A DNA stretch of 64,000 nucleotides from Amoebidium appalachense (lineage: Eukaryota; Protista; Ichthyosporea): assembly GCA_963693365.1 (NCBI GenBank), contig CAVNZM010000006.1, positions 10,171,355 through 10,235,354 of the forward strand, given 5' to 3'. The notes below the pieces were generated by a model, which was not told the DNA's origin, did not search any database, and saw only the letters and a list, made by a program, of their open reading frames with translations. Made by a program: the position numbers and the translations under genes. This document shows, piece after piece, positions 12,933 to 27,095 of this stretch. The stretch's first letter is position 1, and each line of letters opens with the position of its first letter.

Positions 12933-13735
12933 TTAGTTGTGGACGTTGAACAGCTTGGCAAGGTCGCTGGTGTCGGACACCGTCTTGTTCTCGCCAATAA
13001 TCTTGCGCGCCGTCGGGATTTTGCCGAAGATGTTCCAGAGGAGGATACCCACCACCTGCACATAGGTGAAATTAGCAAGTGAAGCCGCACTTGCTTATTA
13101 ATGCACGTTCCTGCTTAGTTATGGGAACACGCATGTCTCTACTTTGTGACTTACTCTAGTATGAGTATATGTGAAGAACAAGCAAAAGAACATCACTGTC
13201 TCACTAGTGTTTGCATGCACTGGCAAAAAAAGAATTCATCGCCTTCATAGACCAGCCAACTCTTGAACGGGTGTTCTGCACAAAGAAGAGTGCATGTTCG
13301 ATTGCACTAAGTATGCACACTGCAGCCATGCCCATACCTTCTGGTCCCGCAGGTAGAAGACAACACCCTTGCCGTATTCCTCATTGTCGTTGGCCTGTGC
13401 CAACACCTGCCTGTCAGCACATACAGTCGCATAATGGGCCTCTTAACAAAGGGAAAGTGGGTGGTTGGGGGAGGTGCGTGGAGGAAGGTAAGGAGGGAAT
13501 GAACAAAACCGGAAGTGGAATGGAATGAGGTACTGTAGGGCGGGGGGGAGAGGGGGGTGGCAGCGAGAGAGGAGAGAGGGAGAGAGAGAGAGAGAGATCC
13601 GTAACATTCACTGTATGTGAGGATATTGATCTAAATTAGGTGGATATGTGCTCGTGCTAGTGCCCTCTACGTGACGACATGAGGGAGGAAGGGAAGAGAG
13701 AAGCGAGCCCCCGAGCCCCCCGAGCCCCCGAGCCC

Positions 13736-13774
<39 letters not shown>

Positions 13775-13868
13775 ACAGAATATCTTACAGAGTACGAAGT
13801 ACACCTTCACGACGGATAACAAAGAGGAGGGGGAGGGAGGGGTGGGGTGGGGTGGGGTGGGGTGGGGT

Positions 13869-13916
<48 letters not shown>

Positions 13917-14204
13917 TGAATGCGTCAAAAAGTACGAAGTACACAAGAACAAACGGATAACACGATGCAGAATGCAAGCCAAGTACACAAGAACAAACGG
14001 ATAACACGATGCAGAATGCAAGCCATACATAAAGAGTATGCATAATAAGCAGAGCCCATCCTCAGGGGGGGGGGAGGGGGGCGGGGGGGGAAGGGGGTTG
14101 AATGCGTTCCAGAGTAGAATTACAACACAATACACGAGTTGCAGAGCACACCACAAAGAGTATACGTATGCACCAGCGTTTTTTTTTTTTTTTTTTTTTT
14201 TTGT

Positions 14205-14244
<40 letters not shown>

Positions 14245-15472
14245 CTGCCTTTGCTGGGGCCGCGGCGGCATCTCCCTCGGCGCGTGCGGCCTGTGGGGTG
14301 TCGTTTGTTGTGGCGGCGGCCCAGATGCTGACCGTCTCCAGGCTGCTGTCGATGATGCCGATGGCCTCGTAGCCGATCTTCGGCCCAAGGTCCGACCTAA
14401 AAATAGCACCCACAGTGTGTCAGCACCGGTACCAGAGGGGGGTGTTGGATGCAGGATAGAAGGGTGCCAATATCCATGCCACCACACAAACACCACAACC
14501 ATCTTGGTAACGGAAAGCACCACAACACAATGCACATATGTGACTTCTTTTGATCATCCAGTTTCTTCTTTGAATGTGTCTTGTCGATACCAAATCCTTT
14601 ACCTTTTCACACCAACTTCGCCGGCCAAGCACCCAGACCTCCCCCCCCCCCCCCCCCCCCCCCCCCCCCGCGCCCCCCCAAAGCCAAACACACCTTCCCT
14701 TTCCAGCACCAAAACAGCCAGCAGCCAACCAGCCAACCCCCCCCCCCCCCCCCCCCCCTCCCCTACACCACACACGCACACAGACACACAGCACACACCA
14801 GAACATGGACTGGTGGCGATATGGCTTACGGGCAGCAGGGTCGGCCATGTTCTCACCAGCCAGACGGCCACTGACCACGGCATGGTCGTGGTGCTCCACA
14901 CGCCTGCGGCCAAGCGCGGGATCGTGGAAGCTGGCAACATCACCCGCCTGTGTGTGTGTGTGTGTATGTTTTTTGGATGGGTGGGTGGTGGGAGATAAAG
15001 TGTAAGAAAATAGAATCGACGAGGGATGTGTCTGTAGGCTCACCCGACTGTTCTCGGCTGTTAGGCACGAGGCACACCCATACACACATCCGCCTCCCGT
15101 TTACACATATATGACCCCCCTCCCCCCCCCCCCCCCCCTTTCCCCGAAGAATTTCAGAAATCAGCCCCACCCCCCTCCCCCTACACACACACACGGCCCT
15201 TGTCCGGCGCACGCACACCACCAGCAGCAGCAGCAGCAAAAAGGGGGGTAAGATCAAACAAAACGATCGATAAACTTCCCCCCCCTCCCATCAACATTCA
15301 TCGGAAGCACTGATCAACACACCTACACCATCATAAACAATGTTCTGCTAATCACACAACGTTTAATTACCACATAGACGTCAGTGCGGCCAGCCATCTC
15401 GGCATTAACCATGATGCCACCCTCCACGGGGTCAATCTCGAGACCAGCACCCAGAGCAATGTCCACGTTGGG

Positions 15473-15511
<39 letters not shown>

Positions 15512-16125
15512 TGTACACATGCGCGAGTCCATGCTCGAGCGTGCATGTATGAGTGTGTACACACTTTGACTCGATTTGACGTACAGTGTGTGTGTGATCG
15601 GACGGGTGGGTAAGTGGGTGGTTAGTGGTGGGAGGGATGCAGAGAGGGTTAGAATGTGTTTGATAGTATATAGTTCGAAGACACAGCGGATAGTATAATG
15701 GGGATAAACAGAACATACACAGAGCATGCAAAAAAGTGGAGCTCATCACTCTGTAAAGGAGACAGGGCAAAGGCTAAAACACTGCACGAGGCCCCCGACT
15801 CCCGTTGTTCTGCTGTTACAAGCACAAAAATGCACACAAACACAGAAACAAAGAGAAGCTGAACCCACCAAGTAGCCACCTGCTGATGCATTTACCACAC
15901 CGTGTACAATTTCTTGCACAACAACTGCACCCACCTAACTTCCCCATCATCACCATTTGTCTTATCTCTGTCAAAGTTCCCCCCTCCAACCCATACAAAA
16001 ATGTGCTAAAGCACACAAACACATACGCACACACACCCTCACTTCCCCCACCAATCCATCCCCACCTACCAAACCACACACACTCCCTTCATGCCCCTCA
16101 TCACATATATCACCCACCCCACAAT

Positions 16126-16156
<31 letters not shown>

Positions 16157-16161
16157 ACACA

Positions 16162-16192
<31 letters not shown>

Positions 16193-16412
16193 CCCTTTCT
16201 ACACGCACCTCCAGGCCGACAGCAATGAGCACGTGGTCCGTGACGATGCTTGCACCATCCTTAAAGGTGATCTGCACCCTGTTGTCGTCTGTGGCCGTGA
16301 CCTTCTTGACGACACTCTTGGGCCGCACCTTGACCCCCTCGGCCTCGACCTTCTTGGTGGTCCACTGGCTCAGATACCGCGGGAAGATCTTGCCCATGTT
16401 GCCTGCAGGGAG

Positions 16413-16454
<42 letters not shown>

Positions 16455-17871
16455 TTGAATGCGTCAAAAAGTACGAAGTACACAAGAACAAACGGATAAC
16501 ACGATGCAGAATGCAAGCCATACATAAAGAGTATGCATAATAAGCAGAGCCCATCCTCAGGGGGGGCCCACGTCATCCACAGTACCCGAGTTTCGACCTA
16601 TTCCCCTCGTTAACGAAACCCAACTCAGATACTGTTTCACTTGAACATGAGTAGGTCACCCGTCTTGATCAGAGACGAGCAGGGTTGCTTATGCAGGCAA
16701 GGGCAGTGGGAAAGGCCGGGGGTTAGGGGGGGGGGGGGGGGGGGAGGGGGGGTGTGGGGGTGATGGGGGGTGGAGATGTGTTTTTGGTGTCTACCGGCGG
16801 GAAGGGGGGTTGCTAGAATGTGTGTCGGGAAAGAGGGGGGAGGGGAGGGGGGATTGGAAAGGTGGGAAGGAGTAATGCGTGTGTGTGCAGGGTGCATCCA
16901 TGTATACCCCGGGCTATGACCTGTGGTTGTGAGTGTGTGACTTTGCCCTGAGGCGACATGTGGCTCCATCAAACTTCGTACTCTGCCAGACACCCCCCCC
17001 CCCCACCCCCCACCCCTCTCCTCTCCCCCCGGGACCATAGATTACGGATGCACGAGAACACATACACCGCACCTGCCCCAGTATAAACGCGGAGTACCAC
17101 ACAGGGGGAGGGGAGAAAGAAAAAAAAAGAAAGAAAGAAAAAAAAAGAAAGAAAAGAAAGAAAAGAAAGAAAAAAAAGAAAAGGGAAAGCGGAGGGGCGG
17201 TCCAGACCTTCTTCCGGGAAGACCTGGTTGACCTCCAGTCCAGTCTTCTTAGCTGTGGCCGCATGGTTAGACCCAGTACACGTGAGTGTCAGGGGTATGG
17301 TGCAAGACAGATCATGCAGTATCTATGAGCTATTACTGTAGCAATCACCATCATCTACAACCTTCATACCAAATGCCCCCCCCCCCCCCCCCCACACCAT
17401 CCCACCCCCCCAGTCATTCTCTCCCTCCACATTCATAAACAGCGGTCAAGCAAACCAATCCGTACACATTTAGATAATCACACAACTGCACAGCAACCCA
17501 CCGCGCTGTCCAAGGGCCACAGCCAATTCACTGCCGAGGAAGCCGCCACCGACAATGGTGATGGACTTTGCATTCTTGCTGAGCTCATCGAGACGGCGGA
17601 AATCGGCAATCTGTGTGTGTGTGTGTGTGTGGGCAAGCGTGTAAGTGGGGTAGCTCTGGCTGGGCATGTTTCGTGTGTCTTTGCAGCGGGTGACCATAGC
17701 CCCTTGCGCTCCAAAAAACCCAAGGGTCAAAGATACCGAGGCGCTAGCATTTAAGCAACAGTAATGCAAAGGTTGACAGCAAGACAGTATCGAGCTGGAG
17801 TCTCTTCAGCCCAAACGTTTACAAGAACACAAAATATGTGCACGTAAGCACAGAAGGTGTGTGTGTGTGTG

Positions 17872-17915
<44 letters not shown>

Positions 17916-18576
17916 TTGCAGCACCTTTCTGAAGTAGGTGGTTGCGGCCTTGACCTCCCTGCTGGCACGCTCGAAGGCACTCATCGTCTTGGGCCGACCA
18001 CCAGTGGCAATCAGCAGCTTGTTGTAGCTCGCTGTGTGTGTGCGTGAGGGTGTGTGTGTGTGTGTGTTTGGATGGGATGAATGGTTTAGAAATAAGGGGG
18101 AAGGGTTTTGGTGTACTGAACAGTAGGTACAGAGATACACAATCATAAGCAAAAGAGAGTTTTTGGGGTGTTGTTGTAAATAGAGGTGGGGGTAGGGGAC
18201 CATAAATAGTAGAGGTCACTACAATTGGTAGCATGTTTGTCATTAGATATACACATACCCTCAAAGAGTATCTCTTCGTGTTACCGATTGTACGAGCTAG
18301 CCGTTCTCCCCACCGAGACACATAGCCACACGTGCAACTGTTCATACTTAAACGTGTTTGCGTGCATGTGTGCAAGTGTACGTGTATGTCTTGCACAGAC
18401 ATGTGTGTTGATGGCACCTACCGGTGTCGCCGTTGGACAGGGTGACCTTCTTGTCGTTGACATTCAGATGCACAACCTGACGCCAAAGTGTTATCAGCTT
18501 CGGATGCACAGAGTGCCTGATGACACTCTTTGATAGATAAATCTTCACAATTGTTGTTTATGTTTTTTTTTTTTTT

Positions 18577-18617
<41 letters not shown>

Positions 18618-18699
18618 TTGTAGAGTGCCAAGTACACATTCTGAATAGAAAAGATAATGGCAGAGTGCAAACCACACAAAGAGTATAATGTGTCAATGT

Positions 18700-18738
<39 letters not shown>

Positions 18739-19015
18739 GGGGGGGGGGATTGAATGCGCTCTCAAGTACGAAGGACACGTCAACAACGGATATCACGAAG
18801 CAGAGTGCAAACCACACAAAGTGTGCATAATAAGCAGAGCCCATCCTCAGGGAGGGGCACGTCATCCACAGTACACCCGGCAGAGAGGGAGGAGGGGGGG
18901 GGGGGGGGGGGGGGGGGACCGTACCCGGGTGCCTGGGATGAGGGCAACAGCGCCATCGGCAGCACCGGCAAGATCAGCAGCAGCCACATACTGGGTGGGA
19001 GACTGGAAATACAGG

Positions 19016-19071
<56 letters not shown>

Positions 19072-19314
19072 TCAGCATCAGAGACAAGTCCAAGTAGCAT
19101 ACTTCTCGATGTGTAAATAACTGTTATCCATTGACCGTGAGTGAACACGTGTGCCGCTTCCTAAGGGGACAGAACTCGGGGGAGGGGGGGGGGGGGGGGG
19201 GGGGGGGAGGGGTACAGTATTGATCAGAGTAAACAGCTACACAACCAAAATATAGTGTAGGACATAAACATAAAACAAAAAACAAGACAAGACAAAACAA
19301 GGCAAAACAAAACA

Positions 19315-19346
<32 letters not shown>

Positions 19347-21148
19347 GGGGGGGGGCGCACATACTCCCTCTCGTTGCCGTTCCAGTCCTTGAACTTGAGC
19401 TCGCCCTCAGCACTCTGCTCGGCAAACCACAGCTCCTTGGACAGGGGGGGGCGCATGTACGGTGCATCCTCCTCGTCACCAATAATGATGATCTGCATGG
19501 AAAGGTCGGTTAGATGGGTTGTATGGGGGGACACACAATGATTTCTTTGTGTATGGCTTGGGATTACGTATCATGATATGGAAGGTTTGTATAAGGTGGA
19601 AGCAGGAGAAGGTAAAGCGTCACGTCCAAAGGGTGGGCAAAAAGACCATTTTTGAAAAAGGGAATGGAAAACCCCCTTTCTTTCTTTCTTTTCTTTCTTT
19701 CTTTCTTTTTTTTTTTTTTTTCTTTTGGGGGGGGGGGGGGGGGGGGTGAGGTTTGAATGCGGAACACAGTACGAAGTACACATACACGATGAGAAGCATG
19801 GTGCAGGACACATGCAACGGCAAACATTCAAGTGTGCAACCTCAGCAATGCGCACAGTATGCGTCATAAGCAGAGCCCGTCCTCGGGGGGGGGGGGGGGG
19901 GGGGGGGGGGGGAGGGGGGGGGGGGGGGGCACAATGTAACAGCGGGAAGTACAAATTAATAAGCTGATGTGTACAGGAGACATATGGAATGGGATCCACA
20001 CACACAGGAGGGGAGAAGGGGGAGTTCGAATGTGTTACAGAGACCGAAGTACATATTCACAACGGAAAACACATTTCACAATTCAAACAAAGCACAGATA
20101 CAGTATGCACCATACGTAGAGCCCATCCTCAAAAGGGCCCCAAAGAATAGGCCACGTGTTCGTGCCGAAGGGGTGCTGCTTGATCACGTGCGCCTAGCAG
20201 GAGGAGTGCAACTCAGAAGTGCACGTGTGTGTAAGTACGCGCTTGTGTGTGTGTCCTGTCGGTGCACTTCGAGAAGTGTGTGTTTGCATGTGTGCACGTA
20301 CGCAAGCATATATGCATGAATGAATGTATGCATGTGTGTGTGTCTGTGTGTGTGCGTGTACGTGTGCGTGTGCGTGCGCGCATGTTGTGCATGTGTGCGC
20401 CTGTGTCTGCCCACACACCTTAGCCTTGGGGTCCTTCTCCTGGATTGCCTTCATAGCCGCATACGAGGCCGTGCCAGCGCCCACCAGCACATAGGGGGCA
20501 CTGTAGTGTGCCGGTGCCTGCAGCAACCACAGTTAGTCCCTATGCTGCACACCACACGCATGCCCACACAAGCGCTATCCTAACCCACACAAAAACTAAC
20601 ACGTTCCCACCCACATACCCGCATCTCACACCACACAACACCAACCGCACCTACCTTAGCCGGAGGTGGTGTGTGCACTTCGGATTCCTTTGCGGGTGCA
20701 GGTGCAGGCTTGGGCTCTTCCTTCTTTGGTGCGGGGGCAGGGGTGGGTTCAGGGGCAGGGGCAGCCTTTGGCTCTTTCTTCTTTGGTGCAGGGGCAGGGG
20801 CAGGCTTCTTGTCTTTGGGCTCATCCTCAGCAAACAGGGCCTCCCAGTCGATCTCCTCACCTGCTTCCTCGGCCTTGGCTGCGGCTGCCTCGGCTTCGGC
20901 AGCTGTGTGTGGACGAGGGGGGGGGGGGGGGGGGGGGGGGGAAGGAGGAGGGGAAGGTTAGAAAATTGACGCACGGTCGGGTCACGTAGAGTTTCCCAAC
21001 AAATAGTACTATACATGCATGGAATATGCAAATTAATTGAGCCAATCCTCGAGAGAAGCACTAGCCATGCACAGTACCCGAGTTTCCAGTTTTTCTTTTC
21101 TTTTCTTTTCTTTTCTTTTACTTTTTTTTTTTTTTTTTTTTTTTGGGT

Positions 21149-21179
<31 letters not shown>

Positions 21180-23800
21180 CAAGAGACAGCGGGTGATCAT
21201 AAGGTGAGCATTGAAAACGAAAATGATGTAAGGTCAAGCGGAAGTCATCACCATCTCATTAATTTTGGTAGTGGCGGTGGTGGGCCGAGAGGGGGGGGGG
21301 GGGGGGGGGGGGGGTGGGGGAGAGAGGGGGCGGAGGGGAATACAGGAAAGGTGTGCTACGACTTATCACAGGAAGATATTCAAAGCCAGATACAAGCATC
21401 GTTAAGAGGATAATGGGCCCCGGCGTGAGAGGAATTACACGTGCATATTAGGAAATATATCAATGGTGGTGTGAATTCCGCGTGTGCAAAATGTGCAGGC
21501 ATGAGGGAATGTAGTTGGTGTGTGCCTAAGTGTGCCTCTGTGTGTGTGTATGTGTGTGTGCGTGTGTGTGTGTGTATGCTCATGTATGGGCCAATGCACA
21601 CATGTGTGTCTAAGTGTGTCGGCAGATATGCCCTCACACAGTGCACCTCCTTAACCACACCAACATTTGTGTGTGTAACACATCCACATACAAGCAAATG
21701 TCCAACCCATGCAACATTAACACCACTAGCACCAACACAAGCAAGCACAAATCTTACCGAGCTTTGCCTTCTGTTTGTGCCACTCGTCACCCTGCACCAC
21801 ACACACATGTCAGCATGGAACCACATCCTGAAAATGTTTTGCCCTTCCCCCCCCCCCCCTCCCCCCTCTTTTTCTCCCTCGTTTCACAGAATGTTTATTA
21901 TCATCATCACCATATAGAACTTTTGTTGTTATTTTTCTTTGTTTGCTTCTTCTTTTTTTTCCCCCCTCCTTCTCTTCTTCTTTTCTTATTCTTTCTTTTC
22001 TTTTCTTTCCTTTTCTTTAAAATTGGGGGGGGGGGGGGGGGGGGGGGGTTGGTGAATTATTTGCATGTCTGTGTCTGACTTGCACGTTAATGTGGAACGG
22101 AGGAAGGAGACGGAAGTGCATACGCAGTTCAGTTAGAATCACAATACTGTCTACATAAAAACTTCACACTTCTCGCGTGGAAAAACAGAAAGATTCAATT
22201 GGGGGGGGGGGGGGGGGGGGGGGGGGGAAGAGGGGAGGGGGAGGGGGGAGGGGGAGCGTCCCTCGGGAGGAAAACGACTACCGATAGACGGCCAGCTAAA
22301 CATTAGGCACTTGTGTTTGCCTGGCACGGGTGGGAAGGAATGGCAGCGGAGAGATGTGTGTGTGTGTGTGTGTGCGCGTGCGCGCGCATGTGCGTGCTTG
22401 TGAGTTGGTGGGAAACCAGAATCTGTGGTTTGGAACTATGGAGCATTCAATCAATCGACAACGGTTTTCTATTGAAGTCTGTCCATCGGTTCAGTCACGG
22501 AGAGAGGGACAGAGAAGAAGTGGGGAGGGGGGGGCTCAGACCTGCAGGTAGGCATCGAAGGCGTGTGTCTCTGCGGCCTGTGGGGGGATAGTCAGCAGAG
22601 GTTATGGAGCCTGCTTTGTGTGTTCTCGTATTCGAATGGATAGGCAGTGCGAGGACAAAAGGCACAGTCATGAGTGCATGTTGACCCTCTGGTCGATGTT
22701 GCTTTTCCCAGTCAAGACGAAACCTTGCCACTGCGTGTCCCTGCATATGCCACATATACAAGGCTGTAATGCCTGTGTGCTAAAAATGCACACACCAGCG
22801 CTTTCAGCCTTAAACACCCTTCCACTGCTCTCCTCCCCCGCTTACACATACCCTCACCCATCCACACAGAGACCCTCGCCCTTTCTTCCCTGCTCCTGTA
22901 CCCTCACCTCCCCCCACTCTCCTCTCCCCTTCCATTCCCCTAAACCTGTCATCTGAAATAGCAAACAATCCAACAAACCTAAATCAGGACACCTGTTCCC
23001 AGGCACACAATAACACCAACGGATGTGCAAACAGTGAGCAACGAAACTAGATAATAAAAAAGATGCAAACCGACGCCGTAAAGATGGAGAATAATGTTGC
23101 ACACACAGGTACATCTGTGTTTTCACAAAACATATGCTCCTCTTTCGTCTTTAAAAGTGCTTTCGTGAAAAGAGAACGGCAGCCATGCAAATACATCTAC
23201 TACCCACTATCATGCCAACAATCTCTTGTGGTGCCATCCGTACTTAGAGGACAGGACGGTGGGATAGTGAAGAACAACAGACCACTGAGACATTACAGAC
23301 CTGACAAGAGTGGTGTGAGGGCATGCGTATTGGTGTTTGTGTGAGTTTTCGTGTTTAAGCTCGCGTGCAAGTCAGTTTATGTGTATGTGTGTACGTGTGT
23401 GTGTGCGTGTGTGGGTGGGTGAGTAGGCCCTTTCTTTTTCTTTTTTTTTTTTTTGGGCGGGGGGGGGGGGGGGGGGGGGGGGAGGGAGGGAGGGAGGGGG
23501 GTGGTAAGGGAGGGGACAGAGTAGGAAAGCGTGTGTGGCAAAGAGAGAGAAAGTGAGCGAGCTTGTCATGAGGTTATGCGGATGGGTGATTGGTTTTAAA
23601 AAGATACCCACATAGACGAAGGTTGCCGTCCAGAACAGGGTGGCACCCAGCAGCAGCTTTGTGTGCTCGCCAAACAACCCTAAGTTGCCCCCTGGTGGCG
23701 GGGCAGCATACCCTCGCCGGGCGAGTACAGCCCCGGCGCGCTGGCCAAGCCGCCCCACAGCGGCCGCCCTAACGGCGCCGCGAGCCAAAAGTGTGGCCAT
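12933..23800 (-). CDS. AIFM1: Apoptosis-inducing factor, mitochondrial FAD/NADH oxidoreductase, 17 exons
   Basis: Exons: 23800-23612, 22577-22542, 21791-21758, 20902-20655, 20517-20419, 19492-19365, 19015-18925, 18476-18422, 18031-17925, 17610-17502, 17252-17208, 16402-16209, 15472-15371, 14947-14799, 14396-14249 (GC donor inferred), 13394-13338, 13055-12933 (TAA). Phases are consistent. Motifs: [110 protein letters not shown]-terminal transit peptide plus a hydrophobic segment. Confidence 0.95.
13911..14178 (-). mobile_element. Poly(C)-anchored repeat, subfamily B copy with a 44-bp internal tandem duplication, plus an adjacent diverged copy
   Basis: GGTTTGAATGCGTCAAAAAGTACGAAGTAC...AGCAGAGCCCATCCTCAGGG, with 13937-13980 repeated at 13981-14024. 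A second GGTTGAATGCG start lies at ~14097. Located in AIF intron 15. Confidence 0.85.
16451..16702 (-). mobile_element. Poly(C)-anchored repeat, subfamily B, long copy
   Basis: Shares AAGCAGAGCCCATCCTCAGGG, GAGTTTCGACC and CCCGTCTTGATCA.AGACGAGCAGGGTTGCTTATGCA.GCAAGG with the 4240 copy. Its C tract runs into the 3' splice site of AIF exon 12. Confidence 0.88.
18613..18878 (-). mobile_element. Two diverged poly(C)-anchored repeat copies
   Basis: GGGATTGAATGCGC...AAGCAGAGCCCATCCTCAGGG at 18745-18878, and a shorter relative at 18613-18690 sharing GCAGAGTGCAAACCACACAAAG. Confidence 0.75.
19750..20180 (-). mobile_element. Poly(C)-anchored repeat, subfamily A copy (19750-19885) and a diverged copy (~20020-20180)
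   Basis: The first copy is near-identical to 4241-4380. The second retains GAATG..., AAGTAC and AGAGCCCATCCTC. Confidence 0.8.
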
Positions 23801-24382
23801 GGTCCGCGCACAGACAACTAAGCTGCGCACGCTAGAATGGAGGGGCGGTGAAAGCGGTGAGAGGGGCACCGGTCTAAAGAAAACCTGAAACGCGAGGCAC
23901 GTTTTGAACAAAGTTTCCGGACACAGCCGGCGCCGGCAGCCACGCCGAACAAGGGCCAAAAATGGAAAGATAAACTGTAGGTGACTTATTTGCCAATCGA
24001 AATAGTACGTTATATAGCAATGGATACCATTTGGGTAAGGTGCATTTATTATTCCCGGGAGAGTTAGCCATATCGGGAGCGAACTAATAGTGAACCTGCA
24101 CTCCTATTGGTGAGCTCATTAGTGTGGTATTTTCATGTTTACGTCAGTCTGAGTCCGACGCCTTGTCTGTTACTGTTAGAGAGCTGTCAGAGTGAGTGTA
24201 CAGGGACTCCTTTGTCTGAGTCCCTTGAAGTTGGCAAACTGGCAAACAAAGGACTGTGACCGATTAGGTGTCAATAGTGTAGTGTAAGTGATGGTAGTGT
24301 GTTAGGGTGTGGTGTAGGTGTCTTACAATTGGAACTGACCACCGAGCCCGAGCTAGCGTAGTTGATTTCAAGACGCATCACC
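23801..24382. promoter_or_regulatory. Bidirectional promoter, AIF (-) / centrin (+)
   Basis: About 580 bp of repeat-free DNA between divergent start codons, with CCAAT at ~23993 and ATTGG at ~24106. Depends on the centrin ATG-only first exon being correct. Confidence 0.55.
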
Positions 24383-26106
24383 ATGGTAGGTGCCATCCAG
24401 TCCCTAAGCCGCCTACATGCCTTCCGCTGTCCTCGCCTCTCCTCCGCCCTTCTCCCCCTCCCAATGCCGGCCCCGAGAGGTCAATTTGGCCGCGAACTTT
24501 TACTGGAAATTGCAACCCTGAATCACCTGTCGGGGAGAGAAAAATTCTAATGGGGCGGACAGCCCCAGGCCCAACCATTCGTTCGTGTTCAGGTCGTCAA
24601 ATGTGAAAAATGAAAGCGTCTTGAGATTCGAGAATGCAGACAAGTACATAGGAGTAGATGGCGAGTAGAAACCGTATACCAGTGCTTTAGGTTCTGCCTT
24701 TGTATTCCCCTATTCCACCCCCCTCCCCTCCCCCCCGCCCCCCCTCCCCCCCTCCCCCTCTCTCTCTCTTCCTCTCACCTTCTCGCTCGCTCGCTGTCCT
24801 CCCCCTCCCTCTCCTCCCCCCCCCTCCCCCCCCCCCCCCGGCCTCCCCTCCCCTCATCCTCTCTCTCTCGGCCTGCTTCCCCTATGCAAAGCGATCTCTC
24901 TCTCCCGCTGCTTCCGCCCCCTCTTTCTTGCATTCTCTCACTCTCATCCCCCCCGCCCCTCCCCATCTGCCGCCCTATTCTCTTCCACCCCTGCCCATCT
25001 CGGGGCTCCAGCACGCCATGGCACAGGCGCGCACACAGAAATCAACAGACCCATACCCAAAGACACGAGTGCACACACACACACATGCACTCGCACACTC
25101 GCACTCACGCACGCACACACACAAACACAGTACATACACCTACATACATGGGGACGGCGTGGGTGGGGATGGGGAGTGGACAAGATTTTTTTGGATATGT
25201 TAAATGTTTACTCTCCATCGATTGCTGTACGTATGGTTGTACCTTTTTGCATCCTCTTACAACACAGTTAGTGGAATGTCGTTCGCAGGAAGTGAATTTT
25301 TACAGGTTATCCAGCTGGGTGATGTCATACTTCGCCAGGGTGGTCCGTGCATGTGTGTGTGACGTTTGTAGAAGGATGAGGAGGGGGTTGGGAAGGGTGA
25401 GGGGGGGGGGGACGGGGGAATGGATCTGTGCTCGTCACTTGGCATGCCCTTTGCATACCTTGACTCTTGCATCTCTGCCATTTCCTTTTGTTTCTCCAGT
25501 TCCCCCTCCACCCTCCCTTCTCTCCCACCGAGAGAGCACACAAGTGCCTGTTATGACCCCCCCTCCTCTCCCCCCCCCTCTCCTCCCCCCCACTGGCACA
25601 CTCACACATACACACCACACAGCACACATGCATGCACACACCACACCACACACTCACTCACCACTCCTCTTCCCATCCGCGCTTCCTACCTCGGCCATTT
25701 GGCCATGAACTCTTGTTCCCGCCTCTCCTTCCTTCCCTCATCTCTACCCCCACGGCACACCTTGACTGATCTTAACGTGCAGCCGGGGGACAAGCGCAAA
25801 GGCAAACAGAAGGCACGGCAGCTGACCAAGGAGGAGGAGCAGAACATCAAAGAAGCCTTTGAGGCCCTGGACCGTGATGGCAGTGGCAGCATTGTGCGTT
25901 GCTCCTCCCTTCCCCTTCTTTTTTCCAGTGCTTAGATTCTCGTTGTGCCTCACTCTTGCCTACCTGGCACCTTCTCAACCTCCATCCCACTTTCTAAGGT
26001 TTTCACGCGCTGAGTCTCTCCCTTTCCCTTTCCCCTCGCCCCTGAATACCCGTGCTGCCCGTGATATCCCCCCTCCCCCCCCCCCCCCCCCCCCCCACGC
26101 GCGCGG

Positions 26107-26138
<32 letters not shown>

Positions 26139-27026
26139 TCACACACACACACACACACGCACACACAGCCCAGGCGTACTGCTTGCGTACACGCGCTGAC
26201 ATAAGCTCTTACTGGCACGCAGGCACACTCTAGGGTCTACCTGTCATGCCAACTATGTGTTGTGTGTACGTAGTTGTGCTTTGGAGAACGAAGAATGGTA
26301 AAGAGTGGAAGCTCCTGTTAAGGACCTTATTAAAGTCAATCCGGTGAAAAAGCCGGGAGGTGGGGGGTGGGGGTGGGAAGGGAAGGGGGGGGTGGAGGGG
26401 GGATAGACCGATGGAGTTGTAGTGGATACGAAGACGTGTGGAGAGCCCTAGTTTGGGTACTTTGCCCTTTTATAGCTTGCAATGCAAGAGGGCGTAATCT
26501 TCAGGGATAGGGCATGAGTCTTGTTGGGGCATGGGGATAAGCAGGTGTGTTTGTTTGTTCGTGTGTAAGCGCCCCAGGGTGGGGTGGGGGTGAGGTGGGG
26601 GGGCGGCGGCGGCGGCCGGGGGGGGGAGAGAGGGCGGAGGGGGGGGGGGGGGGGGGGTGGAGAGGGGCGGAAGGGGGGGGTTGGCATGTCATTTTTTTAA
26701 TTTTTCTTCGGTTTTTTTTCGGCAACAGTTTTGTGGTAGAGTCGTTGCTGCAGACACACCACATTCTTATAGACACACGCATTGTCTGATGCAGCCTACA
26801 TACAGCCCATCATAAACAATGTGTGTGTTTTGTTTTCTGCAGGACGCCAAGGCGCTTGGGATGGTGATGGCGCAGCTGGGGCTGGAGGTGAGCCGGGAGG
26901 AGGTGCGGCGCATGATGGCTGATATTGATGTGGACGGCAACGGCACCATAGACTACGGCGAGTTCCGCTCCCTCATGACAGACAAGATGGTGGGTTGGCA
27001 CTTGCTCCTAGATTCTGTTTGTGTGG

Positions 27027-27095
<69 letters not shown>

